DNA from: Minisyncoccia bacterium
GTDB lineage: Bacteria; Patescibacteriota; Minisyncoccia; UBA6257; JAAZHW01
Length of the DNA stretch: 64,000 nt
Reading direction: 5' to 3'
NCBI GenBank assembly: GCA_049720475.1
Contig: JBNASH010000035.1
Location: 84,015-148,014 of the forward strand
Part shown: positions 7,976-17,929 of the stretch, piece after piece
How positions within the stretch are numbered: position 1 is the first letter of the stretch
How the letters are laid out: every line of letters starts with the position of its first letter
Notes under the pieces: generated by a model
What the model was told of the DNA's origin: nothing
What the model saw: the letters and a program-made list of their open reading frames with translations, nothing else
Databases searched by the model: none
Position numbers and translations under genes: made by a program

Positions 7976-8539
7976 TCATTTTTGCTGTTCATTATTATTC
8001 ATTAATTCCTTTAATTTCTTTAAGGCTCGATGTTGCAAAACTCGCAATGTTAGAGGACTTTTTTTCATAATTTTGGCGATTTCCCCATACGAAAGATCAT
8101 CAATAAAACGCAACATCAAAATATCTTTTTGTTCTTCGGGCAATTGATTGATAAGTTTTAATATCTTTTTAAATTCTTCTTTATAATATAAATTTTCATC
8201 TAAATCTAGCGAATCTACGATTTCCACCCTAATTTCATCATTTAAACTCAAAGTCTCCTTTTGTTTTCTATAAAAATCAACCACTAAATTATGGGCGATT
8301 CTATAAACCCAGCTGCTAAATGGATTTTTACGGAATTGAAAATTTTTTAATGATTCCCACGTCCTTATAAAAACTTGCTGAGTTAAATCTTCGGCTTCTT
8401 CTTTATTGCCAACTTTTAAATAGATATAACGAAAAATTCGTTCGGCGAATAATTCATAAATTTCTCCGAAAGCTTCTTTATCTCCTTTTTTGCTTTTTTT
8501 TATCAATTCTTTAATGTCTTTTTCGGAAACTTCAGGCAT
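7976..8539 (-). CDS. ECF-type RNA polymerase sigma factor
   Basis: GDKEAFGEIYE, AEDLTQQVF, FSSWVYRIAHN, region 4 LSYGEIAKIM..RALKKL. Confidence 0.93.
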   Translation of the reverse strand: MPEVSEKDIKELIKKSKKGDKEAFGEIYELFAERIFRYIYLKVGNKEEAEDLTQQVFIRTWESLKNFQFRKNPFSSWVYRIAHNLVVDFYRKQKETLSLNDEIRVEIVDSLDLDENLYYKEEFKKILKLINQLPEEQKDILMLRFIDDLSYGEIAKIMKKSPLTLRVLQHRALKKLKELMNNNEQQK

Positions 8540-8604
8540 AACTTTATTATAATAAATAATTATTGCGAAAATCAAAATTTTGTGATAGAATGAAAAATAA
8601 AAAT

Positions 8605-8739
8605 ATGTCGACCACTTATCAACCTAAAAAAAGAAAAAGAAAGAAAACGCATGGCTTTCTAGTGAGAATGCGAAAACCCGGCGGAAGAAGAGTTATAAAA
8701 AGAAGAAGACAGAAAGGTCGCTATCGCCTGACTGTTTAA
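8605..8739 (+). CDS. rpmH: 50S ribosomal protein L34 (not in ORF track)
   Basis: Translates to [44 protein letters not shown]; directly upstream of rnpA. Confidence 0.97.
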   Translation: MSTTYQPKKRKRKKTHGFLVRMRKPGGRRVIKRRRQKGRYRLTV

Positions 8740-8744
8740 ATTTA

Positions 8745-9080
8745 ATGAAAAAACGGGAAATAATAAGAAGAACTAAAGATTTTGAATTGATTTTTAATAA
8801 TGGACAGAGAGAAAAAAACAAAGATCTTACAATAATTTATTTCCGCCATCCCCAAAATAAAATTAATCGCTTTGCCTTCTTAATTAGCAAAAAAGTTTCA
8901 AAAAAAGCCCATGAGCGCAATTTATTAAAAAGGCGCCTGAAAGCTATTTGTGACGAGCTTAATTTTAAAGAAAAGGGTTATGATTTAGTGTTTATTCCTC
9001 GGCCGTCTTTATTAAAAAAGAAATTCTCCGAATTAAAAGAGATAACCGAAAAATTATTGCGCCAGGCCAGTTTAATTTAA
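8745..9080 (+). CDS. rnpA: Ribonuclease P protein component
   Basis: RFAFLISKKVSKKAHERNLLKRRL motif; synteny. Confidence 0.93.
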   Translation: MKKREIIRRTKDFELIFNNGQREKNKDLTIIYFRHPQNKINRFAFLISKKVSKKAHERNLLKRRLKAICDELNFKEKGYDLVFIPRPSLLKKKFSELKEITEKLLRQASLI

Positions 9081-9083
9081 TTT

Positions 9084-9305
9084 ATGAAGTATTTTTTCTT
9101 GGGTTTAATAAAAATTTATCGAATTCTATTATCGCCTCAAACAGGCGTATTGAAAAATTTCTATTTTTTACCAGTTCATTGCCGTTTTGAGCACGAAGAA
9201 TCTTGCTCTCTCTTTACTTATAACGCCATCAACAAGTACGGCTTAATTAAAGGTCTAAAAATGGGACTAATCAGGTTTTGTCGATGTAGTGGGTTTATTA
9301 AATAA
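9084..9305 (+). CDS. yidD: Membrane protein insertion efficiency factor YidD
   Basis: Y...LSP, CRF....SCS, KYG..KG...G..R..RC; synteny. Confidence 0.88.
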   Translation: MKYFFLGLIKIYRILLSPQTGVLKNFYFLPVHCRFEHEESCSLFTYNAINKYGLIKGLKMGLIRFCRCSGFIK

Positions 9306-9307
9306 AT

Positions 9308-10066
9308 ATGGGCAATTTTTTTCATATTGTTTTTATTCAACCAATATTCAATCTTTTAATCGCCATTTATAATTTTTTGCCAATCCACGATATTGGAATA
9401 GCTGCTATTGTTTTGACTATTATTATCAGAATAATCTTAGCTCCAATTTTTTACAAAAGTAGTAAGCAGCAATTATTAATGAACAAACTTCAACCCGAAT
9501 TGCAAAAGATTCAAAAGGAATACAAAGACGATAAAGAAAAATTGGCTAAAGCCCAAATGGAACTTTTTAAAAAACATAGGGTCAATCCTTTTGGTAATTG
9601 TTTTTTAATTTTACTTCAACTTCCTATTATGATTGCTGTTTATCGGGTTTTTTTAATGGGTTTTGCTAGCGAAACGCTAATGAATAATCTTTATTCATTT
9701 ATAAAAATGCCAGAAAACTTCAACCCTCTCTTTTTGGGAATTGTTAATTTAAACAAAGCCAATATTTTCATTACCATTATCAGCGCTGTGTTGCAATTTA
9801 TTTCCACTAAAATGGTCATGCCCCAGACTCGCCCATCAAAACAAACCGATATTTTAGAGAGCCCAGCCCAAAAAATGACTGAAGTTCTCCAAAAACAAAT
9901 GCTTTTTATTGGCCCAATTACCACTTTTATTATTTTAGTTAGCTTGCCATCGATTTTAGGAATTTATTGGTCTACAACAACAGTTATTAGCATCATTCAG
10001 CAAAAAATTCTTAAAAAGAAATTATCGGTCGAAAAAAACATTTCAAACAATGGAGCAAATAATTAA
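9308..10066 (+). CDS. yidC: Membrane protein insertase YidC (short Oxa1/SpoIIIJ type)
   Basis: LTIIIRIILAP, LQPEL.KIQ, NPFGNCF..LLQLPI, GIYW. Confidence 0.95.
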   Translation: MGNFFHIVFIQPIFNLLIAIYNFLPIHDIGIAAIVLTIIIRIILAPIFYKSSKQQLLMNKLQPELQKIQKEYKDDKEKLAKAQMELFKKHRVNPFGNCFLILLQLPIMIAVYRVFLMGFASETLMNNLYSFIKMPENFNPLFLGIVNLNKANIFITIISAVLQFISTKMVMPQTRPSKQTDILESPAQKMTEVLQKQMLFIGPITTFIILVSLPSILGIYWSTTTVISIIQQKILKKKLSVEKNISNNGANN

Positions 10067-10484
10067 AACTTTATTATCATTTTTTAATATTGATGATGCT
10101 GAAATTGAAATCAATGACATTGATGAAAATTTATTAAATATTAATATCAAAACAGAAAATGGGAAAACCCTGATTGGCCCCCATGGCAATACTTTAAAAG
10201 ATTTGGAATTAATACTGAGATTATTGGCCTCAAAAAATAATATAAATAAGAAAGTAATTCTTGATATCAATGGCTATCGAAAATTCCGCGAAGAACAATT
10301 GAAAAAATTAGCCAAAGAAACCGCTCATAAAGTAATGATTACCAAAAATCCAATTAAATTACCACCAATGAATGCTTATGAAAGAAGAATAATCCATATG
10401 GAATTAGCCATTAATCCTAATGTTACCACTGAAAGTGTTGGAGAAGAGCCCGAACGATGTTTAATAGTAAAACCTTACCCATAA
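10050..10484 (+). CDS. khpB: Jag/EloR/KhpB RNA-binding protein (KH + R3H)
   Basis: LIGPHG.TL, LDINGY, PMNAYERRIIH, TESVGEEPER. Confidence 0.9.
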   Translation: MEQIIKTLLSFFNIDDAEIEINDIDENLLNINIKTENGKTLIGPHGNTLKDLELILRLLASKNNINKKVILDINGYRKFREEQLKKLAKETAHKVMITKNPIKLPPMNAYERRIIHMELAINPNVTTESVGEEPERCLIVKPYP

Positions 10485-10490
10485 TCTCCT

Positions 10491-10527
10491 AAAATTAAAT
10501 ACCCGCTTCTTGCGGGTATTTAATTTT
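10491..10527. terminator. Bidirectional intrinsic terminator
   Basis: AAAATTAAATACCCGC-TTCTT-GCGGGTATTTAATTTT. Confidence 0.85.
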
Positions 10528-10567
10528 AAAAGTTTTTCTTAAAATACCTGGTTAATTTGTGTCTTCT

Positions 10568-11827
10568 TTAAGGCGTAACTTTTGGAATGGCTGTCGGTGT
10601 AATCGATGGTGTTGGTGAATTCGTTTGTTCAGAAATTGGTGGATTTAAACTATAAAGCGTTTTTGTTTTTTCATCGTAGAAGAAAAGGGTTTTATCATCT
10701 TTGCTTATTTTTATATCAGTGATTTGGAAAGTATTGTTATTTAATAATTGCGCCTCCATTGTTTCCAAATTAATCTGATAAAGCATTTCGTCAATTGACA
10801 CTACTCCCATATAATAAGCATCGGGCCAAACACCAGAAAAAACCGGATTAACAAAAATACTGCAGTAAAGAATGGGTGAAGAATGGGCAAAAACACATTT
10901 CTCCGGCAGAGTAATATTAGGAAAATCTGCCAAAACATAACCATCTTTATTAATTAATTGTAATTTTGGACTCACTCCATTAGCACTGGTAGTGAAGAGT
11001 AAACCGTATTGTCCCTTATCATCCCACTTTAAAATTAAACCGTAACCACTCACAAAAGGACTAAATATTTTATTTTTTAAATCAAATTTCAAAACAGTTG
11101 TCTCGCTTAAGCCACTGGGTTTTTGCGTAATATAAGCGGTCGTGGTGGTTGGCCAGAGTAAATTAATATCACTTGCCGCTTTAAAATCCATTAAAATTTT
11201 CCGATTGGCTAAATTTTTATCTAACTGGGCTAAATAGTTTGTTTCCTTAAAATTCTCTTGGTAATAAAGTGGGCTATCAGAATAATAGTAAAGTAAGTTT
11301 TCGCCATCAGGGGACCAAGCAGCAGTTTTAATATAAAGGTCCAAATTTTTAACTTCGCGCGTTTGAATATCTAAAATGCTAAAAGATGGTTTAGTTGCAC
11401 CTTCTGCCACATATTTAATTAAAATTTTATCTTTTGCTGATGGTTGAACAGATAAAACGTTGTTAAAATTAACGCCCAAATCTCTTTTTTCTTCTTTAAT
11501 CTGATTCTGGGAAAAATCAATTTCAAATAATCCTTCTTTGGTTAGATATTGCAACGTTGAAGTCCCACTCTGCCAAAAAGCCAAAATTTCTTTATTAATT
11601 AAGTTCCGCAAAATTGGCTGCTGTTTAATATTGGTAGCGGAAGTACCAGAAGTTTGCTCTGGCAAAAATGGGGTGGCAGTAATTGTAGGCAAGCCAACGC
11701 CTCCGCCTTCTTGCTGTATTTCCTCTCCAATTTGACTCGCTGGTTTTAAATAAAACCAGTAAAAAACAAAGGCAATAATACCTAAGATAAGAAGAATTAA
11801 AATTGTAGTTAAAATCATTTTTTTCAT
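10568..11827 (-). CDS. Membrane-anchored probable beta-propeller protein (T4SS-like cluster)
   Basis: N-terminal TM, AAWSPDG repeat-like motif, T.PEKC.....YC and PDAYY.G motifs; start trimmed to MKKM. Confidence 0.65.
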   Translation of the reverse strand: MKKMILTTILILLILGIIAFVFYWFYLKPASQIGEEIQQEGGGVGLPTITATPFLPEQTSGTSATNIKQQPILRNLINKEILAFWQSGTSTLQYLTKEGLFEIDFSQNQIKEEKRDLGVNFNNVLSVQPSAKDKILIKYVAEGATKPSFSILDIQTREVKNLDLYIKTAAWSPDGENLLYYYSDSPLYYQENFKETNYLAQLDKNLANRKILMDFKAASDINLLWPTTTTAYITQKPSGLSETTVLKFDLKNKIFSPFVSGYGLILKWDDKGQYGLLFTTSANGVSPKLQLINKDGYVLADFPNITLPEKCVFAHSSPILYCSIFVNPVFSGVWPDAYYMGVVSIDEMLYQINLETMEAQLLNNNTFQITDIKISKDDKTLFFYDEKTKTLYSLNPPISEQTNSPTPSITPTAIPKVTP

Positions 11828-11844
11828 ATGTTTATTCTGGTAAT

Positions 11845-12483
11845 TTAATCGCCTACTGACTTCTGACAAACTGAATATAATTTATTACATACTTCTATAC
11901 ATTTAGATGATAGATCCGAACTAACTTTGCTACAAGCGTCCCTAATACAACTTTCTCTCAGCTTGGACAGGTTTTCTTGAATTTTTTTATCTTCTTCTTC
12001 CTTTAATTGTTTATCGCTTAATTTTGGTTGAATTCCTGGTAAATTTAATTTTACTAAATCAGGGTTAATGGTTCTTAAAATCAAAACCGATCCGAGCAGT
12101 AAAACCAAACCAATAATCGCATCTTTAATTTGCTCACGCGCTTCTTTTTGTTTTGAAGTATTATCAGCGCTTGTTGCATATTGGATACCCGCAATAGTAA
12201 TTTGAATGATGACCGCAATTACGCCCGCATAAACTGCTAACTTATACAATCCAGAAAGATAGTCAGCCGGAGTTGAAGGACAACTGGGCAAAAATGGTTC
12301 TAGAGAAATTTCCATACAGCGCGAACCACCAAACCAATCTTCCGAAGTAGAAGCACTTGTATTGGTAGAAGCTGCATTACTAACTGTCTGGGGAGCGACT
12401 TGAACAGCCTGTTGAGCTAAAGCCACATTACTTAAAACAATGAACAAGAAAGTAAATAAAATATAGGGGTTTATTTTTTTCAT
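11845..12483 (-). CDS. VirB2/TrbC-like T4SS pilin family protein
   Basis: Signal peptide, then the two-TM pilin core AGIQY.TSA.N......AREQI.DAIIGL.LLL.S.LIL.TINP.L. Confidence 0.8.
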   Translation of the reverse strand: MKKINPYILFTFLFIVLSNVALAQQAVQVAPQTVSNAASTNTSASTSEDWFGGSRCMEISLEPFLPSCPSTPADYLSGLYKLAVYAGVIAVIIQITIAGIQYATSADNTSKQKEAREQIKDAIIGLVLLLGSVLILRTINPDLVKLNLPGIQPKLSDKQLKEEEDKKIQENLSKLRESCIRDACSKVSSDLSSKCIEVCNKLYSVCQKSVGD

Positions 12484-13202
12484 TTTAAATTAATATTTAT
12501 ACTCGCGCTTGCTCTTATAATAATATCTCTTAAATCTTCAATGGTTAATTGAATTGAATAGTTTTTCTCTCCTTGCTCGGCTTTAGGCAGTATCAATATT
12601 CGCTCGTTATCTAAATCTGACACTCTTTCATTATTAATCCGCCACATATAATGCAATTGATTTGGATCATCACCGCCAAAGAAAAATGGCACAGCCTCAA
12701 GTTGTAATAAATCCCCAGTTGTTGAATATTGACCTTGAAGTATTTCTTTCTCTCCTAAAACTCTAAAGAAAATGGCTGGTTGCGCTAAATTAATTGTTAT
12801 TGTTTTTTCAATCGGCTGACTTAAAACTGAAGTTAAAATTGAAACTTTTACAGTATAAGCGGTTTTATCAAAATCTTTTAGACGAAATCTAATTGATTTT
12901 AGACCCTGTCCTTCTCCTATTAAATTATCATTTACATACCATCGATATGTCCATTGATCAGAATTCAAATAACCTCCACTTTTTGAAGAATAGATGAATG
13001 GTTGAACTGATGTTTTAATAATCGCAAAGCGAGCTGGCAACGCCTTTCCTTGATATTCAACCGGAACCATTCCATCACTTTCCCAAGTTAAATAAATAAA
13101 GTTTTCGGGGGTTTTTGAAGATTGCGCAAAAGCAAAACTTCCCCCTATCATTAAGAGTGCCAACGCTAATAAAATTGAATTTTTTTGTTTATTGTTCTTC
13201 AT
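12480..13202 (-). CDS. Secreted protein with probable Ig-like beta-sandwich domains
   Basis: Signal peptide; repeated Y.W.(V/I)N motifs (YRWYVN, YMWRIN). Confidence 0.65.
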   Translation of the reverse strand: MKNNKQKNSILLALALLMIGGSFAFAQSSKTPENFIYLTWESDGMVPVEYQGKALPARFAIIKTSVQPFIYSSKSGGYLNSDQWTYRWYVNDNLIGEGQGLKSIRFRLKDFDKTAYTVKVSILTSVLSQPIEKTITINLAQPAIFFRVLGEKEILQGQYSTTGDLLQLEAVPFFFGGDDPNQLHYMWRINNERVSDLDNERILILPKAEQGEKNYSIQLTIEDLRDIIIRASASININLK

Positions 13203-13683
13203 TTTTTTGCGAACTAAGATTATTCGCCGTCTCTAATGCCTTGCCCGCTGCCGCTAATTCAGGTTTTATTTTCCCAGCGGCTTGTAATCCTTTTGCCGCC
13301 ATCTTTAATTTTTCCGGATGTTTTTGTTGGAGATATAAAAAGACGATTGCGGCAGTTTTTGTAGGTAAAACTCCAACAAAAGGGATTAAATCAACGGCAC
13401 TAGCCAACAACATAAATTCTCCTCGCAACCCCTTCATAAACAACCATAAAGTCAACGAACCACCACACAAAATATTTACCGCCCAACTAATAATTGTCCC
13501 AAATCCTGTTAACTGGAGCGCATCAACCAAATCTGATAAAACAGCAGCTGGCAATGGCCACATAAAGAATTCAATTGCAGAAATTTTCGGACCTGGAGGC
13601 GATTCATCAATTTCCTCTTCAGCTGACATTGTCCCTTCTTCCTCTTCTTGATTTAATTGTAAATCTTCATCTTCATAGGCCAT
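13189..13683 (-). CDS. Small membrane protein (T4SS-like cluster)
   Basis: Acidic N-terminus, hydrophobic segments, DLIPFVGVLP motif; co-oriented with and overlapping neighbours. Confidence 0.7.
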   Translation of the reverse strand: MAYEDEDLQLNQEEEEGTMSAEEEIDESPPGPKISAIEFFMWPLPAAVLSDLVDALQLTGFGTIISWAVNILCGGSLTLWLFMKGLRGEFMLLASAVDLIPFVGVLPTKTAAIVFLYLQQKHPEKLKMAAKGLQAAGKIKPELAAAGKALETANNLSSQKNEEQ

Positions 13684-13721
13684 ATATATTATAAATAAAT
13701 TTTATTAAAAGTTTAAGGTTA

Positions 13722-15521
13722 TTAGGAAAGGCTTTTATCAAACATTTCCTTGGCTTTTTGGATTTGAAGCATTTGAGCAGGATTGGTGGTAATAATTTGA
13801 TCCTCAGTATAAGAAGCAATTACTTTAATAGCCACGTGTTTTGCCCCAGCGAAAAATATCCCTTCTCCCACATTAGCGCTTAAAAGCAGCTGTTTTTCTG
13901 CTTCGGTTAAATTAAATGTTTCAGCCACTACATCAATGGAGGCGGGCGATTGTTTTAAGAGTAATTGCAAAGCGGAGTTTGTAATAATAGGTTTGCCTTG
14001 GGGAGATTTAATAAAATCCTCCACATCTTGGGTAATAGTTGTAACACCCATATGATACTTGCGACAACGTTTGACTAAGCCAAAAAGAAAATCTGCACCA
14101 GCTGGATATTTCATCATCCACCAAGCTTCATCAACAATTAAAATTCTTTTCTTCATTTGGGAACGGATTAAATTCCAAATAAAGTTTAAAACCATATACA
14201 TAGCAATTGGCCGTAGTTCATCTTCTAAATCGCGAAGGGCAAAAACAACTAAACGATTATCAATATTAACATTGGTTGGATTGTTAAGAAAACCAGCAAA
14301 GGTGCCCCGGGTAAACTTAAATAATCGATCTGCCAATTCAGTACCTCCTTCCATATTTTCTAACACAGCCTGCAGATCTTCCATTAACGGCGGGGTTAAT
14401 TTTGTAAAATCGCTTTCGGGTGTAATATCGCGTGAAGCATAAGTTTCAGCAATTGCTCTATCTAAAATCCCAATCTGCTCTGAAGTTAAATCTCCCAACA
14501 TAATTCTTAATAAGCCGGTAAGATTCAAAATGTTTGATTTTAAAACCTCTTCCGGCGTTTCATCTGGCCGCGGAGGCGGTAAATCAAAAGGATTAATGTG
14601 ATGCTCAGAAGTTAAGGAAATATTTATAAACGAGCCACCAACGGTCTCTGCTAAATGTTGATATTCTTTTTCTGGATCAATAATAATTACGTCTGTTCCC
14701 ATCATCAAAGAACGCAAAACTTCTAATTTGCAGAAATAGGATTTACCACTACCTGATTTCGCGAAAATCACCATATTGCCATTTTCCAAAGAAAATCTAT
14801 CAAAAATAATTAAGCTATTATTATGGCGATTAATACCATAAAAAATTCCTTTGTCCGAAGTTAAATCTAGCGAAATAAAAGGGAAAAAGGTGGAAACCGG
14901 TGAAGAATTTAAAGTAGAATGAACATTTAAATAATCTTTATTCAAAGGAAAACAAGACAACAAACCCTCTGACTGTTGGAAAAGCGCAGGTTTTATATAA
15001 ACCATTCTCCCCTCTAAGAAATTAATGATTTTTTGCTCAATGGCTTCTAATTCTTTAAGATTAGAGGCGTAAATAGTTATATAAACTCCTACCTCAAATA
15101 ATTTCTCACGTGCTTGTTGCAAAGCATCACGTAAATTTTCTAAATCTTGATAAGCAGTTTCTAAAATCGGGTCTCTAACCAATCCTTTTTCTTCTCTTTC
15201 CAAAAGTTGGGCTTCCACTTGAGCGACCTTCCTTCTTAATTGTTTCAAAGCCACTCCAGTATCAACGGGATGGATAAAAATGGAAACATCAACTGTTTGG
15301 TCAATGTTTAAAACTGGCGAAAACCAACCAGAAGTAAGATATCGAGGATAAGAAATAATATAGTGGGTTTTAGTATATAAATCGCCCAATCGGACGTAGG
15401 TTGATTCAATTTCTAAAGCCGGCGGTGTTAAAATTTCTCTAATAGTTTGCAACCCCGTCCGGGACGGTTTGGGAATTTTTATTTCTTCATCTTTTTTTTG
15501 TGAAAATGGTAAAATTGGCAT
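13722..15521 (-). CDS. virB4: VirB4-like type IV secretion ATPase
   Basis: Walker A AKSGSGKS, IIDPEKEY, INPFD, Walker B IVDEAW, ITQ. Confidence 0.93.
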   Translation of the reverse strand: MPILPFSQKKDEEIKIPKPSRTGLQTIREILTPPALEIESTYVRLGDLYTKTHYIISYPRYLTSGWFSPVLNIDQTVDVSIFIHPVDTGVALKQLRRKVAQVEAQLLEREEKGLVRDPILETAYQDLENLRDALQQAREKLFEVGVYITIYASNLKELEAIEQKIINFLEGRMVYIKPALFQQSEGLLSCFPLNKDYLNVHSTLNSSPVSTFFPFISLDLTSDKGIFYGINRHNNSLIIFDRFSLENGNMVIFAKSGSGKSYFCKLEVLRSLMMGTDVIIIDPEKEYQHLAETVGGSFINISLTSEHHINPFDLPPPRPDETPEEVLKSNILNLTGLLRIMLGDLTSEQIGILDRAIAETYASRDITPESDFTKLTPPLMEDLQAVLENMEGGTELADRLFKFTRGTFAGFLNNPTNVNIDNRLVVFALRDLEDELRPIAMYMVLNFIWNLIRSQMKKRILIVDEAWWMMKYPAGADFLFGLVKRCRKYHMGVTTITQDVEDFIKSPQGKPIITNSALQLLLKQSPASIDVVAETFNLTEAEKQLLLSANVGEGIFFAGAKHVAIKVIASYTEDQIITTNPAQMLQIQKAKEMFDKSLS

Positions 15522-15524
15522 ATT

Positions 15525-16232
15525 TTATTCTATGGTTGGTTCTTCTAATTGTTCTAGCTCGGCTGTAATAGCCAATCCGACCCTTTCTTGTTTTTCAGGA
15601 TTATAAAAATTGTAATACAACTCAATTAATTCCGGGGTTTTAAGACGAATGGCATTCAACCCCATTGCTTTCAAAGCTGAAATAACAGCAGCCACCCGGT
15701 GGTATAGTTGCATTTTGTTATTAACAAATTGCGTCTCTTTATCAACTTCTTGTTGGGGAACGCTGCTCTTTTGTTTACCAAAAGGCAATGGCAACTTTTG
15801 AAAAATTTGTGTTAATGGATTAGCACTACTTGTTGCAGAAATAAGAGAAGGAGAATAAGGTACAACAACATAAAATCTCTTTGTCATAATATTAGTGCTT
15901 TTGACAAGCTCATCTATAAAATTGTAATATTCCTGAATCTGCAATTTTAGAAGCTCATTTTTTTCATTCTTTTCCAACTCTTTAATTTTGTTTAAATAAT
16001 TATCCAGATTAATTTTTCTAGAATGGACAAGGATTTGCAATGGAAAATCTAAAGAATTTAAAAGGCTTTGGTAGGCATTCAAAACTATCTCCTGCTCGGT
16101 TTCTGATAACAAATCAAAGTTAACACCCGACACCATCAAAACGGCTCTTAACGAACCATCTTTTAAAATAACGCAATCTTCTTTGATGGTTTCAATATCT
16201 ATAAATTTTTCAGTGGAGGCAGTACTAATCAT
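15525..16232 (-). CDS. Conserved VirB4-partner (TraC-like/TcpE-like) protein
   Basis: AVLMVSGVNFDLLSE.EQ, LNSLDFPLQI..HSR, FYVVVPY; sits between prgI and virB4. Confidence 0.7.
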   Translation of the reverse strand: MISTASTEKFIDIETIKEDCVILKDGSLRAVLMVSGVNFDLLSETEQEIVLNAYQSLLNSLDFPLQILVHSRKINLDNYLNKIKELEKNEKNELLKLQIQEYYNFIDELVKSTNIMTKRFYVVVPYSPSLISATSSANPLTQIFQKLPLPFGKQKSSVPQQEVDKETQFVNNKMQLYHRVAAVISALKAMGLNAIRLKTPELIELYYNFYNPEKQERVGLAITAELEQLEEPTIE

Positions 16233-16636
16233 AATTGTTTATCTTTTTCTTCTAATTCTTTAGCAATTTTTTCCAATTCTTCGACCGTTAATCTTTTTTT
16301 CTCTTCTTGTTGAGAAACAACTTTTTTCGTTTCTTTTAATAAAGGTTTTGTTGCTTGGGGTTTTTTCCAAGTATATAAGCGCGGATTAATATAAAATTTT
16401 AAGGCATTAATCAAAACTTTGGAAAGGGGTTGTTCATTAACTTTCACAAACGCTAAAGCAATCGAAAATAAAGCAATGACAATACTAACTAAAATCCACA
16501 AACCCTGAGTGAGCACAGAATTCAAAATAAAAATCAAAACCCCGCCCCCTCCCAAAAATAAAAATTGACGAAGGGTTAATGGCCCAACAATTTTACTTTC
16601 TAAATTAATAAATTGTGGTACTTGAGTAGTAGGCAT
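16229..16636 (-). CDS. prgI: PrgI family (VirB3-like) protein
   Basis: VPQFI..E.KIVGPLTLRQF, two TM helices, KVN.QP. Confidence 0.88.
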   Translation of the reverse strand: MPTTQVPQFINLESKIVGPLTLRQFLFLGGGGVLIFILNSVLTQGLWILVSIVIALFSIALAFVKVNEQPLSKVLINALKFYINPRLYTWKKPQATKPLLKETKKVVSQQEEKKRLTVEELEKIAKELEEKDKQL

Positions 16637-16646
16637 ATTTTAATTC

Positions 16647-17906
16647 CTAAAATTTTAACTTTCTTAAATCAATAACATTTTCCGCCGGAATATCTGCTGT
16701 TGTCTCATTTTTAGATTCAACTTTTTCTTCTTGTTTCGGTTCTTCATCTTTCGGTATGAAAGATTTATTTTCTGGAGAAGGCGTCTGTTTGGCTTGTATC
16801 TCTTCTTGTTTCGATTCTAACTTTTCTTCTGGTGGGATTGGGGTTGTTTCTTTCATTTCTGAAGAAACAGCTTCTTTTGGTAGGAACGCTTCAACAATGG
16901 GGATTGGATTGACATCTTGAGGTGTTTGAAACGTTGAAGGCTCTATTTTTTGCTCTGTTATTGGTGGCGGTGGAGCAATTGGCTCACTTGATAATTTAAT
17001 ATCTGGTTCTTGTTTCTTTTCAACAAATTCTCTTTGTTCAAAAATTGGTTTTTCTATAGTACTAATCGGCTTGATTTCTTCTTCATGCTTTAATTCAATT
17101 TCTGAAACCACTTTTTCTTTCGCGGGTTTTACATCTTCAAAGCTAATCCGCCAAGGGGAAGATTCTTCCAAAACTGGTTTAAATTCCTCTTCTTTGCCAA
17201 TAATCATTGGCTCTGTTGGTTTTTGAGTCTCTTGTGTGGGTTTTTTAAATTTGAAAAACGAAAGAAAAGTTCGCTTTGGTTTTTCTTCTTGTTGAGTTGT
17301 TGAGGTTGATTCTTGGATCGGAGGTTGAACAACAGCATCTAATGGCTTGGGTTCTTCTTTTTTGCTAGTCTCTGATAATGGTTGAATTCCGATATTTAAT
17401 GTGCCAAGTGGTTCTTTTTGAGTTTCAATATTTTCTGGTGTTTTAGCTATTGATTCTTCTGTTTCGGCTATTTCCACTTTTTTTAATTCCGGCTGGCTTT
17501 CTTTTTCTAATTTTTCCATTGCTGAAAAACGATGATAAATTTTTTCTAAATCTTCTTTAAAAGGCGAGATGAATTTAGATTCTATTTTTAAAGCAATCTC
17601 CTTCGCCAATACCGGATGAATACCCAAATCTATTAATTTTCCACTTAAAAAAGCAAGGAAAACACTAGGATTTAATTTACCAATAAAAACATCGTGGGTT
17701 GCTCCGACCATCGCATCAAATTGATCATCGTTTAAATTATTTTGTCTTTCCAACTCTAAAAAATAGTCAGCCAATTCATTGCCTAAAAGTATTTTTTGAA
17801 TTTTATCAGGCAACTTATCTAATCTTTGCTGCATTTCTTCTAATTCATTATCCATCTCTTTGCTTTCGTTATTAGAATTTTTTACTGGAATATTTGTATC
17901 ATTCAT
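16647..17906 (-). CDS. Hypothetical protein: helical N-domain, long acidic/Pro-rich disordered region, terminal NVIDLR motif
   Basis: 419-aa ORF, E/P/K/T-rich; within the operon. Confidence 0.75.
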   Translation of the reverse strand: MNDTNIPVKNSNNESKEMDNELEEMQQRLDKLPDKIQKILLGNELADYFLELERQNNLNDDQFDAMVGATHDVFIGKLNPSVFLAFLSGKLIDLGIHPVLAKEIALKIESKFISPFKEDLEKIYHRFSAMEKLEKESQPELKKVEIAETEESIAKTPENIETQKEPLGTLNIGIQPLSETSKKEEPKPLDAVVQPPIQESTSTTQQEEKPKRTFLSFFKFKKPTQETQKPTEPMIIGKEEEFKPVLEESSPWRISFEDVKPAKEKVVSEIELKHEEEIKPISTIEKPIFEQREFVEKKQEPDIKLSSEPIAPPPPITEQKIEPSTFQTPQDVNPIPIVEAFLPKEAVSSEMKETTPIPPEEKLESKQEEIQAKQTPSPENKSFIPKDEEPKQEEKVESKNETTADIPAENVIDLRKLKF

Positions 17907-17929
17907 ATTTTTATTTTTATTTGTTCTTT

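Noticed and set aside
7530-8740. Replication origin near rpmH
   Set aside because: Only one perfect DnaA box, no box cluster, no long intergenic region and no dnaA or dnaN.
13115-13651. 178-aa plus-strand ORF in the T4SS cluster
   Set aside because: Opposite to an operon-embedded gene that overlaps its neighbours properly.
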